Counted from the stretch's first letter, positions 13,260 to 27,073 are shown. The stretch is DNA of 64,000 nucleotides from Octopus vulgaris (GCA_951406725.2 OX597815.1:58156001-58220000), one strand, 5' to 3'. Made by a program: numbers and translations. Notes: generated by a model not told the origin, from the sequence alone.

Positions 13260-14139
13260 CATTTCATAAATGAGGGCAAAGGAAAAAAATTCTAATGCCA
13301 AACATGCCGAAAAAGTGGACATATTGTCCATTATCTGACGAAGAGAGGGCTCTTAGTAGCTAACTCTGAAATCGGTCCGATATGGTAATAATGGAATTTT
13401 TTAGAAATTTCTGTTGACCTTTTTTCGAGTAGTGTGCGTATTGTGAAAAAATTATATGGTTAATGGACAATATGTCCAATTTTACGGCATATTTGGCATT
13501 AGAATTTTTTTCCTTTGCCCTCATTTATGAATTGTTTATAAATTTAACCGTTAAAGGTATTTTTTAATATGCTGGCCATTGATAAAGTTTTTTTCGAGAA
13601 AATATTTTTTTTCGAAAAGAATTTTATCCTCACATTTGATATAAATTTAAGCGTTCACTTCCGAACTAACTAACTCACTCAATGAGAGCCTCAGTTCAAA
13701 TCGCACGTGCCTCGAATGGGCTGGAGTATTTCTATTTTGGATGTATTTGGGGTACTTAGTTGTGTCCGTGACTTAGTATTTGCTTCTTCCACAGGTATGA
13801 GTAAGTATCTCATTTATTTCTTTTGCCACATGTATCACTGACGAAGAGAGGGCTCTTAGTAGCTAACTCTGAAATCGGTCCGATATGGTAATAATGGAAT
13901 TTTTTAGAAATTTCTGTCGACCTTTTTTCGAGTAGCATGCGTATTGTGAAAAAACTATATGGTTAATGGACAATATGTCCAATTTTTCGGCATATTTGGC
14001 ATTAGAATTTTTTTCCTTTGCCCTCATTTATGAATTGTTTATTAATTTAACTGTTAAAGATATTTTTTAATATGCTGGCCATTGATAAAGTTTTTTACGA
14101 GAAAATATTTTTTTTCGAAAAGAATTTTATCCTCCCATT

Positions 14140-14143
<4 letters not shown>
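13255..14143 (+). mobile_element. Non-coding hammerhead-bearing tandem element (503-bp unit, ~1.6 copies) with short inverted 5' arm; retrozyme/pLTR-like
   Basis: CTGACGAAGAGAGGGCTC repeats at 13335 and 13838; 13255-13333 is an inverted copy of ~13461-13540; (TA)n on both flanks; no ORF. Confidence 0.8.
13833..13890 (+). ncRNA. Type I hammerhead ribozyme motif with palindromic stem III (5'-clipped second copy at 13335-13387)
   Basis: TATCA-CTGACGA-AGAG..CTCT-GAAA-TCGGTCCGA-TA-TGGTA: stem I TATCA/TGGTA, stem III ATCGG-T-CCGAT, cleavage triplet AUA. Confidence 0.75.
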
Positions 14144-14185
<42 letters not shown>

Positions 14186-15071
14186 CAAACTGACGAAAAG
14201 AAATTCTTGAAAGTAGTGTGTTAAACATCCAATTCACAGGTAATTCAGTTGGATACCATATAAATATTGATATAAACTCAATGAGAAATATAAATCAAAT
14301 TCCATTGACATTCAATAATTTATTTACATTACAATATTGCATTAAATGCTATGAATATAATATATAACATAACATAATATTGTATAAATAATTGTAAAAA
14401 CTATACAAGGCCAACAAATTGTTTTGACTTATATATATATTTTTTTTTTTGATATATAAAATCACAGTTCAATTATATGTAAGTCACTTCAGGGTCCCAA
14501 TGGAAAGACGAAATTCGATCTGGAAAGGATGGCTGGATTGTAAAAATTAATTCAAATGTCTGTGTTATGAGTGTAAGCGTTAACTATTCAATCTTACATT
14601 AATTACAATTACAAAACAACAAAAACATTTTAACGGATGATACAATCAAGTAAGTGCAATCGACAACCATCAAAATTCACTTCATTATATACCAATTGAA
14701 ACCCTTTCAAATCCAAGATAGACTTTTGTCATCACAACATACAATAATAATATGTGTGTATATAAATGTATATAATTAAGTATCTATGTTTTCTCCTACA
14801 TGTAACTGCAATAAAAAATATATAAACAATTACATTTTCAATACAACAACTCTTTTATCTATTTAAATTAGTTGGTATAAAAAAATTGTTTAAATTAACT
14901 AATAATAATCTATATTTATTATTTTCTCATAGAGATAATTATGTAGTAGATATGAATAGAAACCTAATGAAAATTTCTCCCTTTGTTTACTTAATATATT
15001 GCAGGGAGAATTCCATAATTATTGCTTAAATGGACTTCAGATTATAAATGTGATACCCATATATACATGTA

Positions 15072-15107
<36 letters not shown>

Positions 15108-15128
15108 TAAAATAATATAAATTATATA

Positions 15129-15168
<40 letters not shown>

Positions 15169-15189
15169 CATGTACATACCTACATATAT

Positions 15190-15630
15190 ATGTATATATA
15201 CATGCATATATGGGAAAGGATGTCAAAAAAAACTTGAACAAAATGGAAACAAGAACATAAAAAACAAAAACATGGAAAACGAACTTTTTTCGAACAACGA
15301 AAGAAACTAATAGAGGAACGAGACAAGCAACATAAAGAACAATCCCTTTATCAGTTGTCCTCTGTTTTATCTACCCTATGTTTAGAATGTTGGGACAAGA
15401 CGTGACTTTGTTAAAAGAGTCATTCTTGCAAAGCAAATGAAATAAAATTTGGGATTTGCGGAGGGTTAAAGTGGTAACAAAACAGTAAAAATAAACAGTA
15501 AGGGCTGTTAAGCCATAATGAGGTGAAGTGGTGAATGCTGGAGAAACGAGCTTTGACAGGAGACTGGCAAAAGTGTGTCTTGTCTCTTGTAAGGCAAGGA
15601 GAAGAAAGAAAAATAGCCACTGGTGACATT
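15190..15630. mobile_element. Interspersed repeat fragment, possibly a decayed PLE terminal repeat; shorter homologous fragment at 15969-16030
   Basis: GGGAAAGGATGTCAAAAAAACTTGAACAAAATGGAAACAAGAACATAAAAAACAAAA resembles GGGTACAGGTCATAAAAAATACGTGAACAAAATGAAAAACGAGAACATAAAAACAAAA; both directly follow TA-rich tracts. Confidence 0.4.
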
Positions 15631-15880
15631 TAGCAATGAGAGAGTCAAGGAGGAAGAGTGAGGGAGAGAAACAGAACTGTGAAGGGGGGAGAAGAATTAG
15701 GGAAAGGGTGGGAGAGGGAGAATAGAGATAGTTGTAGAGTGTGCATCAGAATTATTATGATAAAACTTACTTGGAAAAGGGTGCTTGGTGTTCAATCATA
15801 TAATAATATAAATAATACATACATATATATATATATATATATCATCATCATCATCATCGTTTAACGTCCATATATATATG

Positions 15881-15931
<51 letters not shown>

Positions 15932-16452
15932 ACGTACCTACATATATATGTATATATACATGCATATATGGGTACAGGTCATAAAAAATACGTGAACAAA
16001 ATGAAAAACGAGAACATAAAAAACAAAAGCATATATTTATATATATTTGAGGCTACAACAATAGAAATTAAATTTACTAATTTTTTAGGGATAACCAGAT
16101 TTGAAGTTACTTAAAAAAAAAGATTATTATTCACACACCATGGAAGGGAGAATTTAGTGAATCAACAGAAAACATTAATATAAACCAAACAAGCAACAAG
16201 CAATGTTCCTGATAAATTAATCTATGTTATTATTTATAAAATGAGGGACCATATATGGTGCATGTCTAAACTTTATCAATACTTTCAGAGGTTACAAACA
16301 ACATTGTTGTAATAATAATACTATTTATTAACTATACAATACTATAATAATTATTATTTTGATTAAATTTATTTAGTAAGTCAAATGTAACTATTTTTTA
16401 TTATCATATATATATATGTGTGTGTGTGTGCATATATATGTATGTATATATA

Positions 16453-16642
16453 TCGTTGGTGATTTTTTTCCCTCTGCCTTCCCTTCTCTGGATCTTTCCT
16501 TCTCCTATGTTTCCGACGAAGAGCTCCACTCGAAATGTTAAACCCTCCTTCTTTCCTTCTTTCCTGAGCGTCCAATAATACTATATTTGTTCCACGTCCT
16601 CGCGTTGTTGTGTTTTTTTGTGCTTTCTTGTTCGGATTAACT
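16453..16642 (+). mobile_element. Solo PLE pseudo-LTR-like element with minimal hammerhead variant
   Basis: GTTT-CCGACGA-A-GAGCTCCACTC-GAAA-TGTT-AAAC at 16509-16543; downstream TTTCCTGAGCG...TAATAC shared with pLTRs of 29749-34740; TA-flanked. Confidence 0.6.
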
Positions 16643-16660
16643 ATATATATATATATATAT

Positions 16661-19600
16661 ATCATCATCATCATCGTTTAACATCCGTTTTCCGCGCTAG
16701 CACGGGTTGGACGGTTCGACCGGGGTCTGGGCTGCCCCAGGCTCCAGTCTGATCTGGCAGTGTTTCTACAGCTGGATGCCCTTCCTAACGCCAACCACTC
16801 CGCGAGTGTAGTGGGTGCTTTTTACGTGCCACCTGCACAGGTGCCAGAGGGGTCTGGCATCGGCCACGATCGGTTGGTGCTTTTTTATGTGCCACCGGCA
16901 CAGAAGCCAGTCAAGGCGGTGCTGGCATCGGCCACGTTCGGATGGTGCTTTTTATGTGCCACCGGCACAGAAGCCATTCGAGGCAGGGTTGGCATCGGTC
17001 ACATTCGGATGGTGCTTTTTATGTGCCACCGGCATAGAAGCCAGTGGAGGCTGCACTGGCAACGGCCACGTTCGGATGGTGCTTTTTATGTGTCACCGGC
17101 ACAGGTATCACAACTACTGTTTCCATTGATATTTGGTTCAATGTTCATGTACATGCACTTGACTCAACAGGTCTCCTCAAGCACAGCGAGATGTTCCGGG
17201 ATCCCACGATCGGTTGGTGCTTTTTATGTGCCACCGGCACAGAAGCCAGTCGAGGCGGTGCTGGCGTTGGCCACGCTCAGATGGTGCTTTTTATGTGCCA
17301 CCGGCACAGAAGCCAGTCGGGGCTGTGCTGGCATCGGCCACGTTCGGATGGTGCTTTTTATGTGCCACCGGCACAGAAGCCATTCGAGGTGGGGTTGGCA
17401 TCGGTCACGTTCGGATGGTGCTTTTTATGTGCCACCGGCACAGAAGCCAGTGGAGGCTGCACTCGTTCGGATGGTGCTTTTTATGTGTCACCGGCACAGG
17501 TATCACAACTACTGTTTCCATTGATATTTGGTTTGATGTTCATGTACATGCACTTGACTCAACAGGTCTCCTCAAGCACAGTGAGATGTTCCGGGATCCC
17601 ACGATCGGTTGGTGCTTTTTATGTGCCACCGGCACAGAAGCCAGTCGGGGTGGTGCTGGCATCGGCCACGTTCGGATGGTGCTTTTTATGTGCCACCGGC
17701 ACAGAAGCCATTCGAGGCGGGGTTGGCATCGGTCACGTTCGGATGGTGCTTTTTATGTGCCACTGGCACAGAAGCCAGTGGAGGCTGCACTGGCAACGGC
17801 CACGTTCGGATGGTGCTTTTTATGTGACACCGGCACAGGTATCACAACTACTGTTTCCATTGATATTTGGTTCGATGTTCATGTGCTACCGGCACAGAAG
17901 CCATTCGAGGCGGGGTTGGCATCGGTCACGTTCAGATGGTGCTTTTTATGTGCCACCGGCACAGAAGCCAGTGGAGGCTGCACTGGCAATGGCCACGTTC
18001 GGATGGTGCTTTTTATGTGTCACCGGCACAGGTATCACAACTACTGTTTCCATTGATATTTGGTTCGATGTTCACTGGCAACGGCCACGTTTGGATGGTG
18101 CTTTTTATGTGTCACCGGCACAGGTATCACAACTACTGTTTCCATTGATATTTGGTTCGATGTTCATGTACATGTACATGCACTTGACTCAACAGGTCTC
18201 CTCAAGCACAGCGAGATGTTCCGGGATCCTACGATCGGTTGGTGCTTTTTATGTGCCACCGGCACAGAAGCCAGTCAAGGCAGTGCTGGCATCGGCCACG
18301 TTCGGATGGTGCTTTTTATGTGCCACCGGCACAGAAGCCAGTCAAGGCGGTGCTGGCATCGGCCACGTTCGGATGGTGCTATTTATGTGCCACCGGCACA
18401 GAAGCCATTCGTGGCGGGGTTGGCATCGGTCCACGTTCGGATGGTGCTTTTTGTGTGCCACCGGCACAGAAGCCAGTGGAGGCTGCACTAGCAACGGCCA
18501 CATTCGGATGGTGCTTTTTATGTGTCACCTGCACAGGTATCACAGCTACTGTTTCCATTGATATTTGGTTCGATGTTCATGTATATGCACTTGACTCGAC
18601 AGGTCTCCTCAAGCACAGTGAGATGTTCTGGGATCCAAGGTACTTTGGATGGGCAGGGGGTATGCGGAACTGGTGCCGGAAGCATCCTGGGTCTTAGTAG
18701 TCACAGCACATCTCCAGAGATCTCGCTCCTTTGCCATTGCCTCAGTGAGGCCCAACGCTCTGAGGTCATACTTGACTACCTCATCCCATGTCTTCCTGGG
18801 TCTACCTCTCCCCCTGATTCCTTCAACTGTTCGGGAGTGGCACTTCTTCACACATCTCTCCTCATCCATCCGCAGTACATGACCATACCATCGCAAGCGT
18901 CGCTCTTGCACACCGCATCTGGTGCTTCTTATGCCTAGCATTTCTCTCAGGATGCTTACACTCTGTCGTACATTCACACTGACATTACACATCCAGCGGA
19001 TCATGCTAGCTTCATTTCTTTCAAGTCTACGCATGTCCTCTGCAGTCACGGCCCATGTTTCACTGCCGTGAAGCATGGCAGTTCGCACACATGCATCATA
19101 CAATCTACCTTTCACTCTGAGTGAGAGACCCTTTGTCGCCAGTAGGGGTAGGAGCTTTCTAAACTTTGCCCAGGCTATTCGTATTCTAGTGGTGACACTC
19201 TCTGAGCATCCACCTCCACTACTAACTTGGTCACCCAGGTAGCGGAAACTATCAACTACTTCTAGTTTCTCCCCCTGGAGTGTGATGGAATCTGTTTTTT
19301 GAGTGTCTGTGGTGTCTATTGTCCCTGTGCATCTGCCGCACATGAAAGCTATCTTATCAGTTAATTTCCCTTTGATGTTGCTGCACCTCTTATGCGTCCA
19401 TAGCTTACACTGGGTGCATCTTATGGAGTTTCTACCTACACCTTTCCTACAGCTCAAGCAGGGCCACCTGCCCGATGGGGTGTGTGCTGAGTTCGCCTTT
19501 CTGCATACTATAACTTTTGTCTTCGCTACATTTACTCTAAGGCCCTTAGATTCTAACCCTTGTTTCCACACCCGAAATTTCTTTTTTAGTTCCGGTAGTG

Positions 19601-21616
19601 ATTCTGCTATGAGGGCCAGGTCATCAGCATAGAGGAGCTCCCAGGGTAACCTGTTTTGAATTCCTCTGTTATTGCCTGGAGGACTATGATGAATAAAAGG
19701 GGACTGAGGGCCGAGCCCTGGTGTACACCTACTTCTACCCGGAATTCTTCACTATATTCGTTGCCAATCCTAACCTTGCTGACAGCCTCTCTGTATAGAG
19801 CCTGTACAGCCCTTATTAGCCATTCGTCAATCTCCAGTTTCCGTATCGACCATCAGATAAGGGATCGGGGAACCCTGTCAAAGGCTTTCTCCAAGTCCAC
19901 AAAAGCTATGTAGAGGGGTTTATCTTTAGCTAGGTACTTCTGCAGTTGTCGAACCAGGAATATAGCATCAGTGGTGCTTCTACCTGGCACAAAACCGAAC
20001 TGCATCTCATCTAAGCAAATTCTCTCCCTAATGAGATGGGTTATGACCCTCTCTGTGGTCTTCATCACCTGATCCAACAGTTTAATACCCCTGTAGTTAT
20101 TTCTATCTAGAGCATCACCCTTACCCTTGTAGCAGTTGACTATGGTGCTGCTACGCCAGTCATTGGGTATGACTCCATTATGAACTACCTGGTTAACAAT
20201 ACGGATGACTAGGCCATAGCCCGCATAACCAGCTGTTTTAAGCATCTCAGCAGTGATTCCTGATGGGCCGGGGGCTTTACCCGGTTTCATATCCTTAATT
20301 GCTTTATCTACTAGGGAGCTGTCTATTCGGATAGCTGGTCCCTCTACCGGGTCAACATTTGGCAGGCTCTCCTCCTCCCATTCATTCTCCACATTCAGCA
20401 GTCTTTCATAATGGCTTCTCCAAGCCTCTTTCTTTTCACCAACATTAAAGGCAAGTGCCCCATCATCCATGCGGACACATTTCTCTCCTGTAACATCACT
20501 ATTTTCTCTCACACACTGTCTAGCAATACGAAATACCTCAGTTCTTTGGTCCTCACGTCGCTGGACATTGGCAAACTTCTTCTTTTCTGCTATATCTTTG
20601 GCTATGTATACCTGCCACCCGGCCTCCCTTTTGGCTACTTGGTACGGTTCCCTGCTACCCCCATCCTTCCAGGCTCTCCAGGCCTGTTTCTTAGAACTAA
20701 TGGCTTTGTCTACTGCACTATTCCACCACCACGTAAGTCTAGGTCTGGAAGGAACTTTGCAGCATCCACAGACTTGGTCTGTGGCACTCAGCAAGCTGTC
20801 CCGTAGGAATTTCCAGCTACCTTCTATGTCCGACGTCTGTAGCTCCTCCTCCCTCTCATCAAATTTCTTGATGAGGATGTCCCTAAATCTCTGACCATGT
20901 GAAGGGTTCTTTAGCTTCCAAATCCTTCTTTTCTGGATTGGTCTGTTTCTTGGAGTCCTTCTGGCCTCAAGCCTAAAGTCACTAGTTATTAGCCTATGCT
21001 GAGGGATACACTCTTCACCCGGGAGGGTCTTTGTATTTAAGAGCGACCCTGCATCCTGCTGTCTGGTGAGGATGAAGTCTATTTGGCTAGCGGAGTCCCC
21101 TGACTGATAAGTTATAAGGTGGCAGTCAGGCTTCCTGAAGTTAGTGTTGCAGATTAAAAGGTTACATGCATCACAGAATTCCAGTAGTCTAGTTCCTTCC
21201 TCATTTCTGGTGCCAATACCATGGCCACCGTGAACCCCAGTGAAGATACCTGATTCCCGCCCAACATGCCCATTAAAGTCTCCACCCACAAAGATGAGGT
21301 CCTTGCCACTAGTCTTTGAGGTAGCCTGTAGAAGGGTATCATAAAAGTGGTCCTTCTGATCATTTGGTAGGCCTGCTTGTGGGGCATAGGCGGAGATAAT
21401 CATAGCTGTGCCACTCTGTAGGACTAACCTGAGCTTAAGCACTCTGTCGCAAACCCTGACAACCTCTATGACCTTATCCACCCATTTCTCTGCAAGGAGA
21501 ATGCCTACACCCCCTACCCCATCCATGTTACCTTGCCAGAAGACTTTATACCTATGTGCCTTGCCTGTGAGGACCCTGGCTGAAGCACCTCTCCACCTTA
21601 CCTCTTGTATGCAGCA
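16661..21616 (-). mobile_element. RTE-clade LINE (second subfamily), 5'-truncated in APE, frameshifted ORF, expanded 3' UTR, (GAT)n tail
   Basis: ORFs 19853-21526 (GGVGIL, SAYAPQ, GDFNGHVG, NYRGIKLL, DLEKAFDRVP) and 18609-19571 (FRYLG, RRLRWYGHVLRM, RGRGRPRKTW). Confidence 0.93.
16812..18600. repeat. Higher-order tandem array of ~65-bp structured units in the RTE 3' UTR
   Basis: About 20 recurrences of GGTGCTTTTTATGTG(C/T)CACCGGCACAG, interleaved with repeated blocks GTATCACAACTACTGTTTCCATTGATATTTGG...CTCCTCAAGCACAG. Confidence 0.9.
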
Positions 21617-21632
21617 TATATATATATATATA

Positions 21633-21998
21633 CTAGCAGTATCGCCCGGCGTTGCTCGGGTTTGTAAGGGAAATAACTATAAAGCATTTTTAGATAGTTA
21701 TAGCCAAAAAATTGGGAAAAAATTATGGTAAATTTTTTTTTTAGTTAAAAAGGTCGATGTGCGTCCTCTAGACAGTCTGTGGTTTGTGTTTCTGATTCTC
21801 GACCCCATGTCGAATTTATCGATTTTTTCAGAACTGGGGGAACTTTTCAAAATTTTCGCTGCGTTAGTTTTGAATTATAACATTGGGCTATGTGTGTGTC
21901 AAGTTTCATCAGAATCGGTTGAAAGCCGTGGTCAGGGTGAGGGTACAAGCAAACAGACACACAGAAACACACACAGACAAACTGCCGTTTATATATAT

Positions 21999-22001
<3 letters not shown>
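21633..22001 (-). mobile_element. Non-autonomous Helitron (same 3' end as 8435-8851, different interior)
   Basis: Minus strand A|TCTATATATATAAACGG...CCCGAGCAACGCCGGGCGATACTGCTAG|T. Confidence 0.87.
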
Positions 22002-22083
<82 letters not shown>

Positions 22084-22374
22084 TATACATACATATACAT
22101 ACATATACACACATACACACACATGCATGTACACACATAGATAAGTATATGTATATACATACACATATATAAACACATATATTTAATTTCAATTTGCCAT
22201 GTAGACATAATACAGAGGGGACGAACAAGGACAGACAAACATAGAATGGTGAAGTAGCTTAAAGCGTTGTTATGAATCGATTAAAAATATGTAAAAAGTG
22301 AAAAATTTAATCTAAAATAAAATACATTGCATTATGCAATGTGACACCGAAGGAAAGGCATCCAACATCAGGGT

Positions 22375-25300
22375 AGGGCTTTTGCTTTTCTTCCAGGGCT
22401 CCACTTACTTGGTGCCAATCACTCCCAGCTTTCTTACCACAGGCTTCCATCTCTTCTCGAATTTCTCACGTGACAGGTACCTCTTCTCCAGCCTGATCTT
22501 GCTGCTGAGGTGGTAACTAAAAAAGTTGACCAACCCCTGGCTGGATACAAAGGTACCTGTCACAATCCCTTTCACATGTGTCTTCCATACCATTTCTTTT
22601 TAAATGGCTACCACACAGTAAAAACAGGCCTTCCTTTCTCCACTAAGGGAAGAAGGCACAATCTCGATGATGGCTGTAATAGCTATAATCTTCCCATCGA
22701 TGACAACAGTTGTTCTGTGAAAACTATCAGTCCCAATAATTTTGGACATTTCACAAATGTGCATAAGACGGTTTCCCTGTCCTGCCTGCACCTTGGATAT
22801 GTTGATGAGACGGCACTTCCATGCCTTGACAGCTTATCATGAACCAGTAATGCTGCATGGAAGCACTGCCAAGCCAGGGATTTCTGGTAATTATCCAGAT
22901 ACCCTGGCCCGAACGTTCTCCTGAACAGGTTGATCAACTGATTTTCATCGTAGCTCAGGGTCTCCCCCCCCCCCCAGGTGTCTTCAGATATGAATCCCAC
23001 TAACCAGCTATAAAAATCTGCTGTGGAACTTTTGTTGCCAGCATTGCCTACCCGAGAGAGTAGCTGAAGTGCCTGATGGCACTCCAGTTGCCATTCCTCT
23101 AGCCTAGGTCTCTGCTTGATCCATGTATCAATGTCCATTAAGGATGTTAACCTCGGAAGGTAGAGGTAAAGCTAGAAGTGCCTCAGCCTTAATGCGAATT
23201 TTTGCATCCTCAGCCAAAGCATCCCTAGCCCATCCTTTAGTGGCTTCTGGCAGCAGACAGAGTGCTTCACAAGAGGCTTTCCTCCTTTCCATAGAAAGTG
23301 GAAAAGGATTCTCTCCAAATTTTTCAGCCACAAATCAGGGCAAGGCACCACGGTCAGTCGGTAGTTGATAACAGATGTTGTAAACATCTGCACTACCTCT
23401 GCCTTTCTCTAGCAAGGATAATGCCCGCCCAGACCAGGTCTGGGTTAGAGCAGTCACCTTACTGGCTACCTCACTCCAATATTTCTCTATCTGCAGCTTA
23501 ACAGGACCTTCTGTCCAACGCCCTACAACGATGTTATCGGGTGTCATTGGCTTGCCTCTCCAGGTGCTGAGTTGCAAACTGACTGACTTGGCCTTATTAA
23601 CCTTTGCTCCTGCCACCACTTCGTAAGTTTTGATGGCCTTTTCCACCACTGGAAGCTGGCTCTCATCCACCACGATGATGAAGATGTCATCTGCATACAC
23701 CGTAGCTCCACCTCTGCACCACAGATCATTCGATGCACCCCCTAGTGCTTCCAACTTCCACAGCAATGGCTCAAGAGCCAGTACATACAAAAGTGGAGAC
23801 AGGGGACACCCCTCACGCACTGAGCATTCAATCCTGAATGGTTTTGAGAAGAATCCATTCACTTTGACTGCAGACTTGATGTTGCTGTACAAAGCAGCAA
23901 TCCAACCGTGGAAGGTCGGCCTCAAGCCAGCCTTCTCGCGGACTGCTGCCAAGTACTGATGGTCAACCCTATCAAATGCTTTAGACTGGTCTAAATGTAC
24001 CAGTGCCCCTCCTGCACCAGAAAGATTTCCTATCCTCTCTAAGGTGTAGCGTAGAAGATGGAGATATCCATGGATTGACCTGCCTGTTATAGACAGACTT
24101 GTAGGGAAGGTGCAAGTTTGCGCCCTCCCTACAAGTCTATCCACGACTCATGCCAACCGTTTCACTAATACCTTGGCCAAAATTTTTAACTGTGTTTAGT
24201 AGAGTTATGGGCCGGAAGTTACTAATCTTGTCCACCTTGCTTGGGTCCTTTCTGATCAGCATCACCACCCCTTGGCTTGCAGACTTAGGAATTCTCCCAT
24301 TCTGCTGCCAGTTGGCATAAACATTGGCCAGCATGTGCCCGAACAAGTCTGGCATATCCTTATATAATTCATAGGGCAGACCATCGAGACCCAGTAACTT
24401 CTCCCCAGGGCATTTGCCTAGCACCTCGATCACCCCCTTGGTTGTGATTGGCCCTTCACAGCACTCAGCCTCTCATGCCGAGAGATGCAGGCCACCAGAC
24501 AGGAAGTCCCTAAGGGCCTCACCATGATCCAGCCTCCTGCTCCTCCCGAACAACTCGGCAAAGTGCTTGTAAAGTGCCACACACATCTCATCCTGTCCTT
24601 CAACCAAACTCCCACTATCATCAGAGACCTAATTGTGGTATCATTGCCATGCTGGGTATCTACTGTACAGGCCCATCCAGCAACATTAATTTCCTCATGG
24701 CTCAATGCTCACACTTTAGCCCAGACTCTACATCCCTCATGTTTGGCTTTGAGGTGACAGTCCAAGGCCATTCTTGCTGTCAAAATGTAGGATGCAGAGC
24801 ACAACCTCAACGCCTCCTCTAAGTCCTTAACTAGTTTCCCTTGTATTCTAGCCTTGTCTTGTCGTAGCTGATGGCTAAACCTAACAGACTCAAAATGAAT
24901 GGCTCTTTTGAGGGTGAACCACCACCGGTTATTAACCACAGAGCCGATTAATGCCGTCTGTACTAGTTCCTTAATCCAGCTACAGTATGCCTCGCAAGTC
25001 TAAATAGACTTGTTCAGCTTCCAGTAACTGGATACTATCTACGTTAAGCCTACAGTTAACCATTCTGTGGACAACTAAAGCTAGCCTTATCTATAGCTCT
25101 TATCACTATCCTATCTAAGTAAGACTTGAACCTTCCATCGCCATTCATCCAGGTCCACTCTGGGATGTTTGGATGGTCAAGTCTGTAACGATCTGCTAGC
25201 TGAAATCGCTAAAGCAAATCTATGAGATGTGAGTTTGTTTTCCTATCAATCAAGCCAACGCTATCAATATGTGCATCAACGATCGCATTATAGTCACCTA

Positions 25301-25870
25301 ACACCACTAATGTTTTCAACATTACGAGAAAGTTCTCCAGGTGCTGATAAAAATCAGTTTGTAATCCTAGCACAGGATGCATAGATTCCAATCAATCTGA
25401 AGGCTCTACCACTGTACATCATACCAAGGACGACCAGTCCACCTTCAGGGTCCTCATAGGCTGTACTTGTCTGCAGAGTCAAGTCTGTTCAGATGAATAC
25501 CACTACACCCCCTTGACCCCCTGGTCTGGCTAGGAGACATGATTTTCTCATAGCTATTCAGGAGGGACGAGAAGTTTTGTAGACTGTCCAGCTTCATCTC
25601 CTTAGCAACCATCACATGTATATCGTGTGATCTGAGGTTGTCGAGGAGGCAAGCTTGCTTCCACTTCAAGCTCAGACCACGTACATTTAAGCACCCCAAG
25701 TTAAGTGAAGCCATAAACCTGGGAGAAAAAAAATAAAGGCTCTACTTACCCTTACTTGGAGATGCTGGAGCCGACCTCACCAAACATGAGTCGGGCCCCC
25801 TTCTTTTTGTCCTTCTCCAGACCTGATGCCTCTCAGATGCCTACCCTTCATCTGCCTGTATGGGGTTACC
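22375..25870 (-). mobile_element. Decayed L1-group (Tx1-like) non-LTR retrotransposon ORF2
   Basis: Fragments LNVRGL (APE start, 25714), VLGDYNA, WKLN, GLDGLPYELYK, FRPITLLNT, LDQSKAFDRVDH, SVREGCPLSPLLY, YADD, and degenerate C-terminal Zn motif PRCRQDRETVLCTFVKCP; many frameshifts. Confidence 0.85.
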
Positions 25871-25917
25871 CCCATATATATATATATATATAGATATATA
25901 TATATAGATATATGTAT

Positions 25918-26017
25918 NNNNNNNNNNNNNNNNNNNNNNNNNNNNNNNNNNNNNNNNNNNNNNNNNNNNNNNNNNNNNNNNNNNNNNNNNNNNNNNNNNN
26001 NNNNNNNNNNNNNNNNN
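25918..26017. other. Assembly gap (100 N)
   Basis: Run of N next to a TA tract. Confidence 0.99.
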
Positions 26018-26862
26018 ACAATATAAAACAAACAGCAGAACTTGAAGCAACTCAGAGAAGCTACAGAAAGAAAATCGTCTCAATGCAAAATGTCAGCTAC
26101 TGGGAAAGACTGAAGGTATTAAACCTCTTCTCCCTGGTAAATGACGTGAAGACTGGATACACTGGCCCAGGAAGAATTGCAATCCCTGAGTCAAAATCAG
26201 TGCGTGACCTGGGCATTGACATGAGCAATGATGCATCTTTCCAAATGCATACGACAGGTCGCTAATCTGGTGATAAAATGCAGACGGCTAGCTGGATGGA
26301 TTCTCCGAACTTTCAGAACAAGAGAGAAGGAGACACTGATGGTACTATGGAAAACATTCGTCCTCAGCCGCTTGGACTACTGCTCCCAACTATGGTCACC
26401 ACACAATATAAAGCTAACAGCAGAACTCGAAGCAATTCAGAGAAGCTACACAAAGAAAATCGTCTCAATGCAAAATATCAGCTACTGGGAAAGACTGAAG
26501 GTATTAAACCTCTTCTCCCTAGAGCGGAGGCGGGAGAGATATGCGGTGATATACATCTGGAAAATCCTGGAGGGTCTTATCCCAAACTGTGGCATTTAAA
26601 GTTACTCCAACCGCAGAACGGAGCGCCACTGCATGGTGCCAAGGATTCCAACATCACCATCAAAATACAGGTCCAGACACTGCAACAGCTTGGGTTTCAG
26701 AGGACCACAGCTCTTTAACATCCTCCCTAAATGCCTGAGAGACTTACATGGTGTGGATGTGGGTTTCTTTAAAACTAAACTGGATTCACATATTAGTGTA
26801 GCTCATTCAGCGGTGGTGCCCCAGCATGGCCGCGGCCTTCGGTCTAGAACTTTTTTTAGGAT
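26018..26862 (+). mobile_element. CR1/L2-group LINE family B 3' fragment, rearranged
   Basis: 26018-26136 duplicates the later segment ~26403-26521; deletion near 26783 joins TGGAT repeats; 3' UTR GCGGTGGTGCCCCAGCATGGCCGCGG. Confidence 0.88.
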
Positions 26863-26870
26863 ATATATAA

Positions 26871-26979
<109 letters not shown>

Positions 26980-26983
26980 AATG

Positions 26984-27073
<90 letters not shown>

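Noticed and set aside
14189-14225. CTGACGA-AAAG..CTT-GAAA hammerhead-like core
   Set aside because: No convincing stem I, stem III or NUH site
16760-18697. CRISPR-like repeat/spacer appearance and long repetitive ORFs (e.g. 505 aa)
   Set aside because: The spacers are homologous to each other, there are no cas genes, the context is eukaryotic, and the array lies in an RTE 3' UTR; the ORFs are antisense by-products
26018-26260. Biological rearrangement of LINE segments next to the gap
   Set aside because: Directly adjacent to an N gap, so mis-assembly cannot be excluded
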